In this document: positions 33,050-43,200 of the stretch, in pieces
Numbering within the stretch: position 1 is the stretch's first letter
How the letters are laid out: each line of letters starts with the position of its first letter
From: a virus
Lineage: Duplodnaviria; Caudoviricetes
IMG/VR virus record: IMGVR_UViG_3300025600_000024
Coordinates: 1 to 49,550 of that record
DNA: 49,550 nucleotides
Strand: one strand, 5' to 3'
Translations under genes and position numbers: made by a program
The notes under the pieces: generated by a model
Databases searched by the model: none
What the model was told of the DNA's origin: nothing
What the model saw: the letters and a program-made list of their open reading frames with translations, nothing else

Positions 33050-33529
33050 ATGAAAATTAGTATTAAATCAAGAGCTCCTGTAACAGCAGAATTACTTATA
33101 GACGGTGTTGATTTGTCGAAACACGTAAATGAAATAAAAGTATGTGTAAAAGCCGGTGAAGCTCCGACGGTCGCTATTATTTTGTCTCCGGACGAAATCG
33201 AAATTGAGGGTAATAATTTCTATACCTATGTTCCAGAGTTAAAAGATAAAGTTGATAATTTACTAGGTCAAAGTATTAGTGAATTACATAATGATATTAT
33301 TACCCCACCTAACATGGATCCGCTTTCAACGGGTTGTCGGTGTGGAGATGGGTGCAGGCCTTACCCTGCCAAAGGAGTATCGATGGAAGGCCAGAGTAAT
33401 AGTGTTCCGGAACTAATGATAAATGTGGGAAACAATATGCTTAACCCTGATATTAAAACAATTTGTAAGAAATTAGCCGATGATTTAGAGAAAAGTATGA
33501 AATTTGAGGGGCCTGATAATGGCAAATGA
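33050..33529 (+). CDS. Hypothetical protein
   Basis: 159 aa, coupled to MuF gene. Confidence 0.6.
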   Translation: MKISIKSRAPVTAELLIDGVDLSKHVNEIKVCVKAGEAPTVAIILSPDEIEIEGNNFYTYVPELKDKVDNLLGQSISELHNDIITPPNMDPLSTGCRCGDGCRPYPAKGVSMEGQSNSVPELMINVGNNMLNPDIKTICKKLADDLEKSMKFEGPDNGK

Positions 33530-33761
33530 TATGAATGAAGCAATTATGTATGTCACAACAGATGATGGTAAAGTGGTTGAATTCAAAGGGGTTTTAAAAA
33601 TGGAAGCTCAAATAGAGCCCGATGAATCACCGAGGGTGGACTTCTATCCTCAAGGATCTCTTGAAATGTCGCTAAATCGGGCAATTGATTGGATGAAGCT
33701 ATTGATGCTCAAGAAAAAAGGAAGAAGAGCCAAAAGTTACCAAGGAAGTTTAAAAAACTAA
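33519..33761 (+). CDS. Hypothetical protein
   Basis: GAGGGG RBS before ATG 33519; terminator-like hairpin follows (33766-33787). Confidence 0.55.
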   Translation: MANDMNEAIMYVTTDDGKVVEFKGVLKMEAQIEPDESPRVDFYPQGSLEMSLNRAIDWMKLLMLKKKGRRAKSYQGSLKN

Positions 33762-33947
33762 ATCAGCACTTTAATCAGTGCTTTTTTATTACCCATTTTT
33801 AATCGAAAGGGTGTGACTATTATCTCGACCTAAACGTGTCGTTAAACCGTTTATTTTTTATATCGTCTTTTAGTATTGAGACGTTAAATCAAAGACGGAT
33901 TTCACGGACTATACCGTGTAAAAAAATGTATTTACGAAAGGGAAAAG

Positions 33948-34544
33948 ATGCCAGTTAATTATACCGAATTAGGATTAGACACGACCCAGGCAAAGGCAAC
34001 CGAAAAGGCTGTCAAGGAAATGATTGCTAAGGAGTTTATCCCCTTGGAGCGATTCAACGAGGTCAATGGAAAGCTGAAACAGGCTGAAACAGATATCACC
34101 ACCCGGGACACCCAATTAAAAGAGTTAGGTACCGCGGGGGTGGATGCTGAAACGTTAAAAACAGAGTTGGCAAAGATTAAGATTGAAAATGAAACAGCTG
34201 CTAAAAAGTACGCTGATGACATTGCAAACATCAAACGCGGAAACGCAATTGATAAAGCGGTGGAAGGCGCGAAAGCCCGAAATAGTAAAGCCGTCAAGGC
34301 CTTATTGGACATGGACAAAATTAAACTTGATGGGGAAACCGTCATAGGCCTGTCTGAACAGCTGAAAGCTTTGTCAGAGGGTGAAGATTCAAAGTTCTTA
34401 TTTGGTACCGAAGAAACCGTTGTTGTCGGCGGCACACCCGCAGGCGCTTCAGGTGGAGCAGATCCAAACCCAGGTGGTTTGAGTATTGGCCAATCTCATG
34501 CAGCAAAATACAATGCGATGTTTGAGCCAGCGGCCACAAAATAG
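33948..34544 (+). CDS. Capsid scaffolding protein (GP20 family)
   Basis: FIP.ERFNEVN, AKARN.KAVKALLD, GL.EQL..L...FLF. Confidence 0.9.
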   Translation: MPVNYTELGLDTTQAKATEKAVKEMIAKEFIPLERFNEVNGKLKQAETDITTRDTQLKELGTAGVDAETLKTELAKIKIENETAAKKYADDIANIKRGNAIDKAVEGAKARNSKAVKALLDMDKIKLDGETVIGLSEQLKALSEGEDSKFLFGTEETVVVGGTPAGASGGADPNPGGLSIGQSHAAKYNAMFEPAATK

Positions 34545-34556
34545 AAAGGAAAACAA

Positions 34557-34910
34557 ATGAGTTATACAGAAACAGAATTAACCACCACTCGACAAAATTT
34601 CTTGTCAAGTGATGTGGGATTAACACTGAAAACAATCAACGTGCCTGATACAGGTGTTGTTGCCGATGCTTATGGTTTTAAAACTGTAAAGGCCGGGACT
34701 ATATGGCCAACCAATGATATCGCTGCAGCCGGAATTATATATGAGGATGTGGATGTTACCAACGGCGCCCATGCCGGATCACTCATGATCGCAGGACGGG
34801 TATTAAATGCCAAATTGCCAACTGTTGCCGTGGCGGCCGCCATTACAACCCTGGGCAAATCAGGCATGTATTTTGACACAGAATCTGAAACAGTAAGGAG
34901 TATTGACTAA
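34557..34910 (+). CDS. Head decoration protein
   Basis: K.VKAGT..P.ND..A.GI...DVDVT.G; between scaffold and capsid genes. Confidence 0.75.
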   Translation: MSYTETELTTTRQNFLSSDVGLTLKTINVPDTGVVADAYGFKTVKAGTIWPTNDIAAAGIIYEDVDVTNGAHAGSLMIAGRVLNAKLPTVAVAAAITTLGKSGMYFDTESETVRSID

Positions 34911-35938
34911 TGCCAGATATTTTACAATTAGTATCAAAGAAAGATTTACTGGATTTTTCCCAGAATCTCACTATTAAGCGAAATTATATGGGCGATCGCC
35001 TGTTTCCGGATTTAAAAACCCAGAACCTTCAGGCAGAGTTTTACAGATTGTCGGATCCTCTTCAAATTCCTAAGATGGCCAAAGTCCATGGGTTTGATAC
35101 AGAGGCCGCTATTGGATCACGTCCTACTTTTGAACGTGTTTCTTTGGAAAAGATGCTGATTAAAGAAAAAATCAATCAGACCGAACGTGCTTCAATTCTT
35201 AGAAATCAAGGCGTCGATGAAAAAGCCCTGGTTGATTATGTCTATGATGATATGGGCCGTTTGGCTGAATCCGTTAAAACCCGTACTGAAGTAGCGAAAA
35301 TGGAGTTGATCCAGTCAGGAAAGATCAAAGTTAAAGAAAATAATCTTGATTTCACTGTTGATTATGCCGTCCCAGCGGGAAATAAAAAGGCCTATACCTG
35401 GGTACTGGATACTGTTGATATTCTGGCAAACATTCAGGAAATGGTGGATATTGCTAAAACTAATGGCCAGACCATTACTAAGGCCGTTACCTCCACTAAG
35501 ATTGTGAATCGGATCAGACAGAATAAAGCAGTTCAAACGGCTATTTATGGGACCGCCGGAATCGGCACATTCCTATCATTGCCACAAATGAACGCTTTAA
35601 TGCTGAGTATGTTTGGTTTCACACTTGAAATCAATGACGAACTATATTCCTATGAAACCGCTGCAGGCGCCATCGCTACCAAACGTTATATTGATGAAAA
35701 CAAATTCATCATGTTCTCGACTTTGGCAAATGGAACTGTTGGAGCCGGGTTATGGGGTGTAACACCTGAAGAACTGGCAACTGGACCATGGACTGCTAAG
35801 TCATCCAGTCAGTTTGTTACGATCACCCAATGGGAAACTCCCGATCCTGTTGCCACCTGGACAAAGGCGTCTGGTGTCTTCATCCCAGCAATGCCAAATT
35901 CAAGAGGCCTGATGATTGGGACTATTACATTAACTTAA
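34910..35938 (+). CDS. Major capsid protein (lambda E-like family)
   Basis: 342 aa; LFP, FD.EA.I..R, VDY.VP, T...G.TPEE, DP...WTKAS...P. Confidence 0.9.
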   Translation: MPDILQLVSKKDLLDFSQNLTIKRNYMGDRLFPDLKTQNLQAEFYRLSDPLQIPKMAKVHGFDTEAAIGSRPTFERVSLEKMLIKEKINQTERASILRNQGVDEKALVDYVYDDMGRLAESVKTRTEVAKMELIQSGKIKVKENNLDFTVDYAVPAGNKKAYTWVLDTVDILANIQEMVDIAKTNGQTITKAVTSTKIVNRIRQNKAVQTAIYGTAGIGTFLSLPQMNALMLSMFGFTLEINDELYSYETAAGAIATKRYIDENKFIMFSTLANGTVGAGLWGVTPEELATGPWTAKSSSQFVTITQWETPDPVATWTKASGVFIPAMPNSRGLMIGTITLT

Positions 35939-35940
35939 TA

Positions 35941-35974
35941 AAAATAAGGGGCAACCACTAAGCCTCTTTTATTT
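35941..35974 (+). terminator. Hairpin terminator after capsid gene
   Basis: AAAATAAGGGGC..GCCTCTTTTATTT. Confidence 0.55.
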
Positions 35975-35990
35975 GAAATGAGGTGACAAT

Positions 35991-36332
35991 GTGGAGCTTG
36001 ATAAATTAAAAGATCTGTTGGGCATTGCTCTAACAGATTTAACAAAGGATTTTGTTTTGCAATTTTGTTTAGACAATACCACTGAAACAATCCTGAATTA
36101 CTGCAACATGAACAAAATGCCGGATGCTTTAAAAAACACCGGGTACCGAATGGCCATGGATCTTTATAGGAATGAGAACATAGGCAATGAAAAAATTGCA
36201 TTGGGGGCGGTTTCTTCAATCAGTGAAGGTGATACGTCAGTCAGTTATAAAAATGTTGCTACGGATTATACTCAGTCTTTAATTAAAAACTACCAGGCGC
36301 AACTCAATAAATACCGGGTGCTGTCATGGTAG
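35991..36332 (+). CDS. Head-tail connector (gp6/gp15-like)
   Basis: ILNYCN...P..L, SISEGDTSVSY, L..YR. Confidence 0.85.
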   Translation: MELDKLKDLLGIALTDLTKDFVLQFCLDNTTETILNYCNMNKMPDALKNTGYRMAMDLYRNENIGNEKIALGAVSSISEGDTSVSYKNVATDYTQSLIKNYQAQLNKYRVLSW

Positions 36333-36691
36333 AAGGCATCAGGCAGGCCATTGAAAGCCTTTATGAAGGTAGATGTGAAGTAATTGAAAAGATGCCCATT
36401 AAAGATCCAGTAACTAGGATCACAAAATTTGGAGAGGTCACTGTTTATTCTAATCAGCTTTGCCGGTTGTCATTTGGCAATGCACCAACCACGGCTGATA
36501 GCGGTATAGGGGTGGCCATCCAAACCCAAACCGTCAAATTGTTTATAGCCCCGGAGATTTTAATCGAGCCGGGGTCCCAGTTGATTGTTACTCAAAATAA
36601 TCAGGTTGGGCGATATAAACGTTCCGGACTCCCAGCGGTTTACACCTCTCACCAGGAGGTTAATCTAACTATCTGGGATACCTGGACATAA
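36326..36691 (+). CDS. Head closure/stopper protein (XkdH-like)
   Basis: CRLS, KLFIAPE..I..GS...VT, Y.SHQE. Confidence 0.75.
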   Translation: MVEGIRQAIESLYEGRCEVIEKMPIKDPVTRITKFGEVTVYSNQLCRLSFGNAPTTADSGIGVAIQTQTVKLFIAPEILIEPGSQLIVTQNNQVGRYKRSGLPAVYTSHQEVNLTIWDTWT

Positions 36692-37164
36692 TGAGTAGGA
36701 ATGTTGATTACAGTCAGTTTAAGGCCTTTGCTAAAAAGCTCGAGAAAATAGATAAAGGCAAACAGGCTTTTATGGAAAGCTGTTGTAAAGAACTGGCTGC
36801 CCGATTATTAAGCCGGGTCATTAAAAGAACCCCTGTTGGAATCGACAATGGTGGAAACTTAAGACGTGGGTGGACTGGCGGGGTTGAAAACGTCAGTGAA
36901 AAAGGCGGCGTTATTGGGGTATCAGGTAAAACCGGATCTGCTTCAAAGATCAATGTTGTTTACCGAAATGGTGAATATCGGTGTGCTATCTTTAACCCGG
37001 TCTATTATGCCTCTTATGTTGAATTTGGGCATCGTACTCGTGGCGGGGGCGGTTGGGTAAATGGTCAGTTCTTTTTGACTATTTCCGAAAGTAAAGTTGA
37101 AGCATTAGCCCCGGCCTTATTGGAAAAAAGATTAATGGCATACCTGATGGAGGCAATGAAATGA
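36691..37164 (+). CDS. HK97 gp10-like tail component
   Basis: RTPV...G.LRRGW, N.VYYASYVEFGHR. Confidence 0.88.
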   Translation: MSRNVDYSQFKAFAKKLEKIDKGKQAFMESCCKELAARLLSRVIKRTPVGIDNGGNLRRGWTGGVENVSEKGGVIGVSGKTGSASKINVVYRNGEYRCAIFNPVYYASYVEFGHRTRGGGGWVNGQFFLTISESKVEALAPALLEKRLMAYLMEAMK

Positions 37165-37580
37165 TTGAACAAATTATCAATGCCATGGCCATTAAACTGG
37201 CCGGGCTTTTTCCGGAATATGCAATATACACAGATCCAGTTGAACAAGGCACTCAGGAGCCCTGTTTTTATTTGCACTGTATTAACATTGGCTACAAAGA
37301 AGGTATTAACAGATTTCTACAGGCTATGCCCTTTGAAGTGGTTTATTTAACACAGAATGGCCAGTCAGATATATTCTTAACCCTTGAAATATTAATCAAC
37401 TCTATGGGGCTGTTAGAGCTTCAGAATGGTGAGCAAATAAGAGGGGTTAAGATGAGCGGCCAGGAGATTGATGGAGTCGGGCATTTTATGGTTAATTATG
37501 ACCTGTCCTTAAGGATCCAGGTCGTAGCAGAGGATCCAATGGAAACATTACAAGTAAATGGAGGTATTACAAATGGCTAA
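37161..37580 (+). CDS. Tail terminator-like protein
   Basis: IY...VEQG..EPCF motif; position in neck module. Confidence 0.7.
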   Translation: MIEQIINAMAIKLAGLFPEYAIYTDPVEQGTQEPCFYLHCINIGYKEGINRFLQAMPFEVVYLTQNGQSDIFLTLEILINSMGLLELQNGEQIRGVKMSGQEIDGVGHFMVNYDLSLRIQVVAEDPMETLQVNGGITNG

Positions 37581-37755
37581 AAAAGTAGAGTCGGTTGAAG
37601 TCGAACAGACTTTTGCCAAAGAACAATTATTAAAAAGCAAGAGATATCAAGATAGCGTTGACTTAGTTGGCGCTCTTTTAGTTGATGGACAAAGTTACAC
37701 TTTGAATGAAGTGGACAATTTAGTGGATAAGTTTTTGAAAGGAAAGGTGCAATAA
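37573..37755 (+). CDS. Small conserved protein upstream of sheath
   Basis: F.KEQLL.S..Y...DL..ALL.D...YT..EV; GGAGG RBS. Confidence 0.75.
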   Translation: MAKKVESVEVEQTFAKEQLLKSKRYQDSVDLVGALLVDGQSYTLNEVDNLVDKFLKGKVQ

Positions 37756-39072
37756 ATGGCATTAGGTGGAGGGACATTTATCTCCCAGAATAAAGTTTTG
37801 CCCGGGGCATATATTAATTTTGTAAGCGCCGCCAGAGCGGGTTCAGTTATTGGAGAAAGAGGGGTTTCAGCAATGCCCTTTGAGTTGGATTGGGGCAATG
37901 AAAGTGATATTTTCACAGTGGAACGGGCAGATTTTGAAAAGAATGCTTTGACCCTGTTCGGCTATGATTATGGAAATGTGAAATTGAAAAATATTAGAGA
38001 GGTATTTAAACGGGCAAGAACTTTGCTTTGCTATCGTTTGAATGGTAGTGGTGTTAAAGCCGCTAATACTTTTGCAACGGCTAGATACTCAGGCGTTCGA
38101 GGCAATGATCTTAAAACAGTCATTTCTTCTAACGTGGATGTACCCGCAAGTTTTGACGTAAAAACATTAATTGATAATGTTGTTGTAAATTCTCAAACAG
38201 TGGTAACGGCGGCGGGGTTAAAAGATAATGACTTTGTTACATTCAAACCCGGTGCAGTGCTGGCCGTTAATGCCGGCCTTGCTTTAACCGCAGGAACCAA
38301 TGCCGCCATAGTGGCGGGGACTGCTTATGCGGCATTCTTGAGTAAAATTGAAAGTTACAGTTTTAATACATTAGGTTGTCCTACTAATGATGTGACGGTA
38401 ACGGCTTTATTCATTAATTTTACCAAACGTTTAAGAGATGAATTAGGGGTTAAATTCCAAACGGTTCTACCCGTAACAGCAACGATCCCGGATCATGAGG
38501 GTTGTATTGTGATTCCAAACACTGTCAATGATGTTGGCGCTCCGGCTCATGCGCTTGTCTATTGGACCACCGGAGCTCAGGGGGCTTGTGAAATTAACAA
38601 ATCCCTGACCAATGCTTTGTATGATGGTGAGTACACTATTAACACGGTTTACACGCAATCTCAACTGGAAGCTTTTATTGCGGCTGGTATATTTGCGTTT
38701 CACAAAGTTGGCACTGGCGTTAGAACCCTTGATGATGTCAATAGCTTTACATCCTTTACCGCTGATAAAACAGCCGATTTTGGAAGCAACCAAGCAATTC
38801 GTGTCATTGACCAAATCGCCAATGATGTTGCTTTGATTTTTAACACTAATTACCTGGGAGTTATTCCCAATGATGAAAGTGGCCGTATCAGTTTGTGGAA
38901 TGACATTGTAAAACATCACAAGGATCTGGAACAAATCAGAGCGATTGAAAACTTTGATCCTGCCCTGGTAATCATCGAAGAAGGCGACACCAAAAAATCC
39001 GTGGTTATCAGCGACGTAGTTACTGTTACAAATTGCATGACACAGTTATATATGACTGTTGTCGTAGCCTAA
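37756..39072 (+). CDS. Tail sheath protein (XkdK-like)
   Basis: MALGGGTF..QNKVLPGAYINF, N..IRV.DQIAND, N...GR. Confidence 0.95.
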   Translation: MALGGGTFISQNKVLPGAYINFVSAARAGSVIGERGVSAMPFELDWGNESDIFTVERADFEKNALTLFGYDYGNVKLKNIREVFKRARTLLCYRLNGSGVKAANTFATARYSGVRGNDLKTVISSNVDVPASFDVKTLIDNVVVNSQTVVTAAGLKDNDFVTFKPGAVLAVNAGLALTAGTNAAIVAGTAYAAFLSKIESYSFNTLGCPTNDVTVTALFINFTKRLRDELGVKFQTVLPVTATIPDHEGCIVIPNTVNDVGAPAHALVYWTTGAQGACEINKSLTNALYDGEYTINTVYTQSQLEAFIAAGIFAFHKVGTGVRTLDDVNSFTSFTADKTADFGSNQAIRVIDQIANDVALIFNTNYLGVIPNDESGRISLWNDIVKHHKDLEQIRAIENFDPALVIIEEGDTKKSVVISDVVTVTNCMTQLYMTVVVA

Positions 39073-39091
39073 AAAAGAAGGGAGATAAAAT

Positions 39092-39559
39092 ATGAGTCAA
39101 ATTATGAATGTAAGAGATACCATTTCTGGTTCACAAGGGGAATGCTACATCACGATTGCTGGCCGACGTTACAATTTTATGACGGTAATCAGCATTGATG
39201 CCACCATAGAAAAATCAAAAGAAGAAGTGGCCATCCTTGGGAAAACTGGTAAAGCCAATAAATCAGTTGGGTGGAAAGGTTCCGGGTCCATGACCTTTTA
39301 TTACAATACGTCAATTTTCCGTGAAGCAATGCTCAAGTTTAAAGATACCGGTGAGGATTTTTACTTTGATATTCAAATTACCAATGCTGATCTTAGTTCA
39401 AGCGTTGGCCGTCAAACCGTTATTCTTAAGGATTGCAACTCTGATTCGATCACCATGGCCAAACTGGATGCAGACGCCGCCTTGCTTGATGAAGATATGG
39501 ACTTCACCTTCGATGATTGTGAAATGCCTGAAAAGTTTAATGCTATTGCAGGAATGTAA
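39092..39559 (+). CDS. Tail tube protein (XkdM-like)
   Basis: K..GWKGSG, FDIQITN.D..S..GRQT, FTFDD. Confidence 0.93.
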   Translation: MSQIMNVRDTISGSQGECYITIAGRRYNFMTVISIDATIEKSKEEVAILGKTGKANKSVGWKGSGSMTFYYNTSIFREAMLKFKDTGEDFYFDIQITNADLSSSVGRQTVILKDCNSDSITMAKLDADAALLDEDMDFTFDDCEMPEKFNAIAGM

Positions 39560-39568
39560 CAAATAATT

Positions 39569-39591
39569 GGGGCGCTAAGGCGTCTCTTTTT
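39569..39591 (+). terminator. Terminator after tail tube gene
   Basis: GGGGCGC-TAAG-GCGTCTC-TTTTT. Confidence 0.6.
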
Positions 39592-39624
39592 AAATAAAAA
39601 AAATAAAAAGGATGGTACTAAAAA

Positions 39625-40071
39625 ATGAGTAAAAGTTTATCAGGATTCATGTCAGCCAACAAGATTGTTAAAGAAAATGTGTTTTACCCTGCTTCCAGAG
39701 CGTTTTTGGATGATAAGGGTGATTATTTGTTATGGGAGTTAAAATCTTTGACCTCTGAAGAGGATTCAAAAATCAGAGAATCAAGTTATTTTCAAGTTCC
39801 CGCCAAGGGCAAAAATGGGAAGGTAATCCGGGGGCAAACAGTTAAAGAGCTCAGCGGTGAAACCTACACAGCTAAATTAGCGGTGGCCTCTGTGGAGTTC
39901 CCCGACCTACAAAATGCCGAATTACAGGATTCTTATGGTGTAAAGACACCTGTGGATTTACTCAGAGCAATGTTAGATCCGGGGGAACTTGCCAACCTGA
40001 TGATCAAAGTTCAAGAGTTATGTGGTTTTGACATTGATATGGATGAACTGGTAGACGATGCAAAAAACTAA
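39625..40071 (+). CDS. Tail assembly chaperone (XkdN-like)
   Basis: PDL.NAELQDSYGV, ML.PGE, ends AKN. Confidence 0.9.
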   Translation: MSKSLSGFMSANKIVKENVFYPASRAFLDDKGDYLLWELKSLTSEEDSKIRESSYFQVPAKGKNGKVIRGQTVKELSGETYTAKLAVASVEFPDLQNAELQDSYGVKTPVDLLRAMLDPGELANLMIKVQELCGFDIDMDELVDDAKN

Positions 40072-40238
40072 TAAGTGAGGGTGAGTATGATGCGAACTAT
40101 GCATTTTACTGCCTTCACGAACTGAATTTAATGCCATCTCAATTTTTAGCACTTAGCCGTGAAGAAAAAGCTTTTGTTATTGCTTCCATCGATATAAAAG
40201 TCGAACAGGAGAAAAAAGCAAAGAAGAAGGGCAGGTGA
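40062..40238 (+). CDS. -1 frameshift extension of tail assembly chaperone (G-T-like product)
   Basis: Slippery A AAA AAC at 40062-40068 before TAA; -1 frame open to TGA 40238 (KLISEGEYDANYAFYCLHELNLMPSQF...EKAFVIASID...). Confidence 0.85.
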   Translation, partial: KKLISEGEYDANYAFYCLHELNLMPSQFLALSREEKAFVIASIDIKVEQEKKAKKKGR

Positions 40239-40242
40239 TGAA

Positions 40243-43200
40243 ATGGCCACAATTGCAAGTACACTAAAAATAAATGACGGGATGACTCCTGTTTTCAAAT
40301 CCATGATGAATTCCATGAACATGATTGTCTCGACGTTTGAGGATATGAATCGAGCCAGCGCGAACGCCATCAATGTAAAAGGTATAACAGCCGCTAGAGG
40401 TGAACTCACCAAAGCTGCCAGTGCTTTTAAACAGATTGAAGATAATATTAATAAAACAACAGGCGCGCAGGATAAACTCAACAAATCTGTTAGCGGTATG
40501 AGTGGAAGTTCAGCCGACGCAATCACAGGTATCAAAAACATTGCAGGAGCATTAGGTCTGTTATCTCTTGCAGCTGTCGGGGTAGGTTTAATAAAAGAAT
40601 CTTTAAGCAATGCTTTTGACCGCATGGACACCATGGATCGCTTTAATCGTACCATAACAACTATGACGGGCAGCACTGATATTGCAAAGGATGGGCTTAA
40701 AGATTTAACTGGCATTGTAACGGGCACAGCTTATGGGTTAAACGATGCAGCACAGGCAGCTCAAAACTTTGTGGCGCGGGGCATGGATATGAAGAGCGCA
40801 ACAAAGAGCGTAAAAGCCTGGACGGATGCAGTTAGTTTTTATGGCAAAGGAACCACCGAAGAATTTTTAAACGTGACTGATGCAATTACAAAGATGAGAA
40901 CTAAAGGCACTGTTGAGATGGACCAACTCAACAGGTTGTTCGATTCCGGGATTAACGCGGTTGGTATATACGCGCAAGCCACAGGGCAGATGTCCGGCGA
41001 CGTTCAAGATGCACTAAGCAAAGGCATGATAAGCTCGAATGACTTTTTAAACACAGTTGAAAATGCTATGGAAACTGGCGCTAATGGTGTTATAAATATT
41101 GCAGGAGCGGCACTAACGGCAGGGGATAGTTGGTCAGGAACATTTAGTAAAATGAGCCAGGCTGCAACACGTGGCATGGTTGATATTGTAAAATCAATTG
41201 ATGCTGCACTTGCCACAAACGGACTTCCTACACTCAAGCAAGATATTGCAGACGTAGGGTCTGGTTTTGAAGGAACAGCAAAGACAGTTGCTAGTGCTGT
41301 TACAGTTATGTTTGACAATAAAGACGTGCAGACATTCATAAAAAATATAAGCACTGATTTTACAGCAGGCAAAAATGAATTTAACACAGCAATGGATGAA
41401 ATACTTAAAAAAGTACAAGAGAACACACCTCAGATAGAAAAATCATTTAATAACACTAAAAATGCATGGGATAGCTTTTTCAATACAGTCATTATGAACA
41501 ATGGCCAATTACAAAACACTGACTGGAAAAGTGTAGGAGATGCGTTAGGAACAGGGTTCAGTGGAGCACTAGGCGTATTAACAAGCGTAGGCGCTATGTT
41601 ACTTAATATAGGAACATTTATAGTGACATTTCCAAAAATGATAGCAGACCTTATTATTCCGCCTAAAAATGGACTAACAGGGTTTTTAGAAGATGCGCAA
41701 ACCACTGGGATAGCAACGCAAAATGTATTTATAGATTTAGCGAATGCAATAAATGGTATATTTAATATTTTTGGAGCAAATATACCGTATATTCAAGAAG
41801 TTGGAGGGGAAGCAGCCGGAGCGCTTGCTTCCGGAATGGAAGACAGGTCATCCGAGGTGTACCAAAAAGCACAAAATATCCATGATGGCACAATGGGATT
41901 CATTAATCCCATCACAGGCGAACTACAGCAAACTGGGATAAATGGGATATTGAATCTAAGCAACGGAATGTTTTCGCAAAAACCTTTGACTGATCAAAGT
42001 GCACTGAGCGTGCATGACGGAATCCATGAAAATATTAATACACTACCAGGCGAACTAAACACTATTGGTTCAAACAGTATCATCTCCATGGGTGGGGGTA
42101 TCGACCTTTCCGCACCTATTGCCAACGCCGCCGCGCAAGGTATCTACGGTCTAATTACTGGCCAATTAAACCCATTGGGTCAATTCGGTACTGACACGGG
42201 CGGATTTTTAGCAAGTGGTTTGTCAGGTGGCATGAGTACCTGGAATGCATTCACATCTGCAACCCAGGGAATTGTCGATTTTATCAAAAATGCGTTTTTA
42301 AAAGGATTTGACATTAACTCACCATCTGGTTTCACAACCTATGTCGGGGAAATGTTAGGGCAAGGGTTAATCAATAGCTTAAGCAATACAAATCTTGGCA
42401 AGGTTGCAACGTCTTTAATGGGAACATTAAAAGAAGCATTTTTGCAAGGCAGAACAAATGCCTTAAGCATATTCGAACACATGGGCGATATGGGTTCGGC
42501 GTTATTGGCACGTATGGGAATATCGTTACCAACTTTGGGAAACTTACTATTCCCAACTGATTCACAGAATATTACAAGCGCTTTTGGTAGCAGAGAAAGC
42601 CCCGGAGGTTTCGGATCCACATATCATGAAGGGATCGATATTGGGGCGGCCTATGGCGCTGCAGTCAGAGCGACCGCAGCCGGAAAAGTTATCTTTGCCG
42701 GTGAAAATGGTGGTTACGGAAACATGGTTGAAATTGATCATGGAAACGGGTTAACCACTCTCTATGCGCATTTATCAGAGATTATGACCTCTGTTGGTGC
42801 AGCGGTATCAGCCGGGCAACAGATCGGTAAAGTCGGTTCAAGCGGAAACAGCACCGGGCCTCACCTCCATTATGGAGTGTATGAGAACGGTGTCGCCGTG
42901 GATCCAATGACAGCTGCTATTAGTGGTGGTAGTGGAGACGTGGGAGCCTGGATACAACAGGCCATGAATGCTATCGGAATAACAGGGCAGGACAATTTCA
43001 ATCATCTGGTAACTATCGCCATGAACGAAAGTGGCGGGGATCGTAACGCTCAAAACAACTGGGACAGTAACGCCATGGCGGGAACACCTAGTATGGGCCT
43101 GATGCAGATGATTCAAAGTACGTTTGACGCCTATTCATCTGGCGGCAGTATATGGGACCCTGTTTCCAATGCAATTAGTGCCATTAACTACATGATTGAC

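Noticed and set aside
31964-33761. MuF polymorphic toxin with immunity genes
   Set aside because: MuF ends at the usual Y.DW motif with no toxin extension; the two downstream ORFs remain unassigned.
40146-43116. Many minus-strand and alternate-frame ORFs over tape measure and other long genes
   Set aside because: Shadow ORFs without RBS or recognisable motifs, overlapping well-supported genes.
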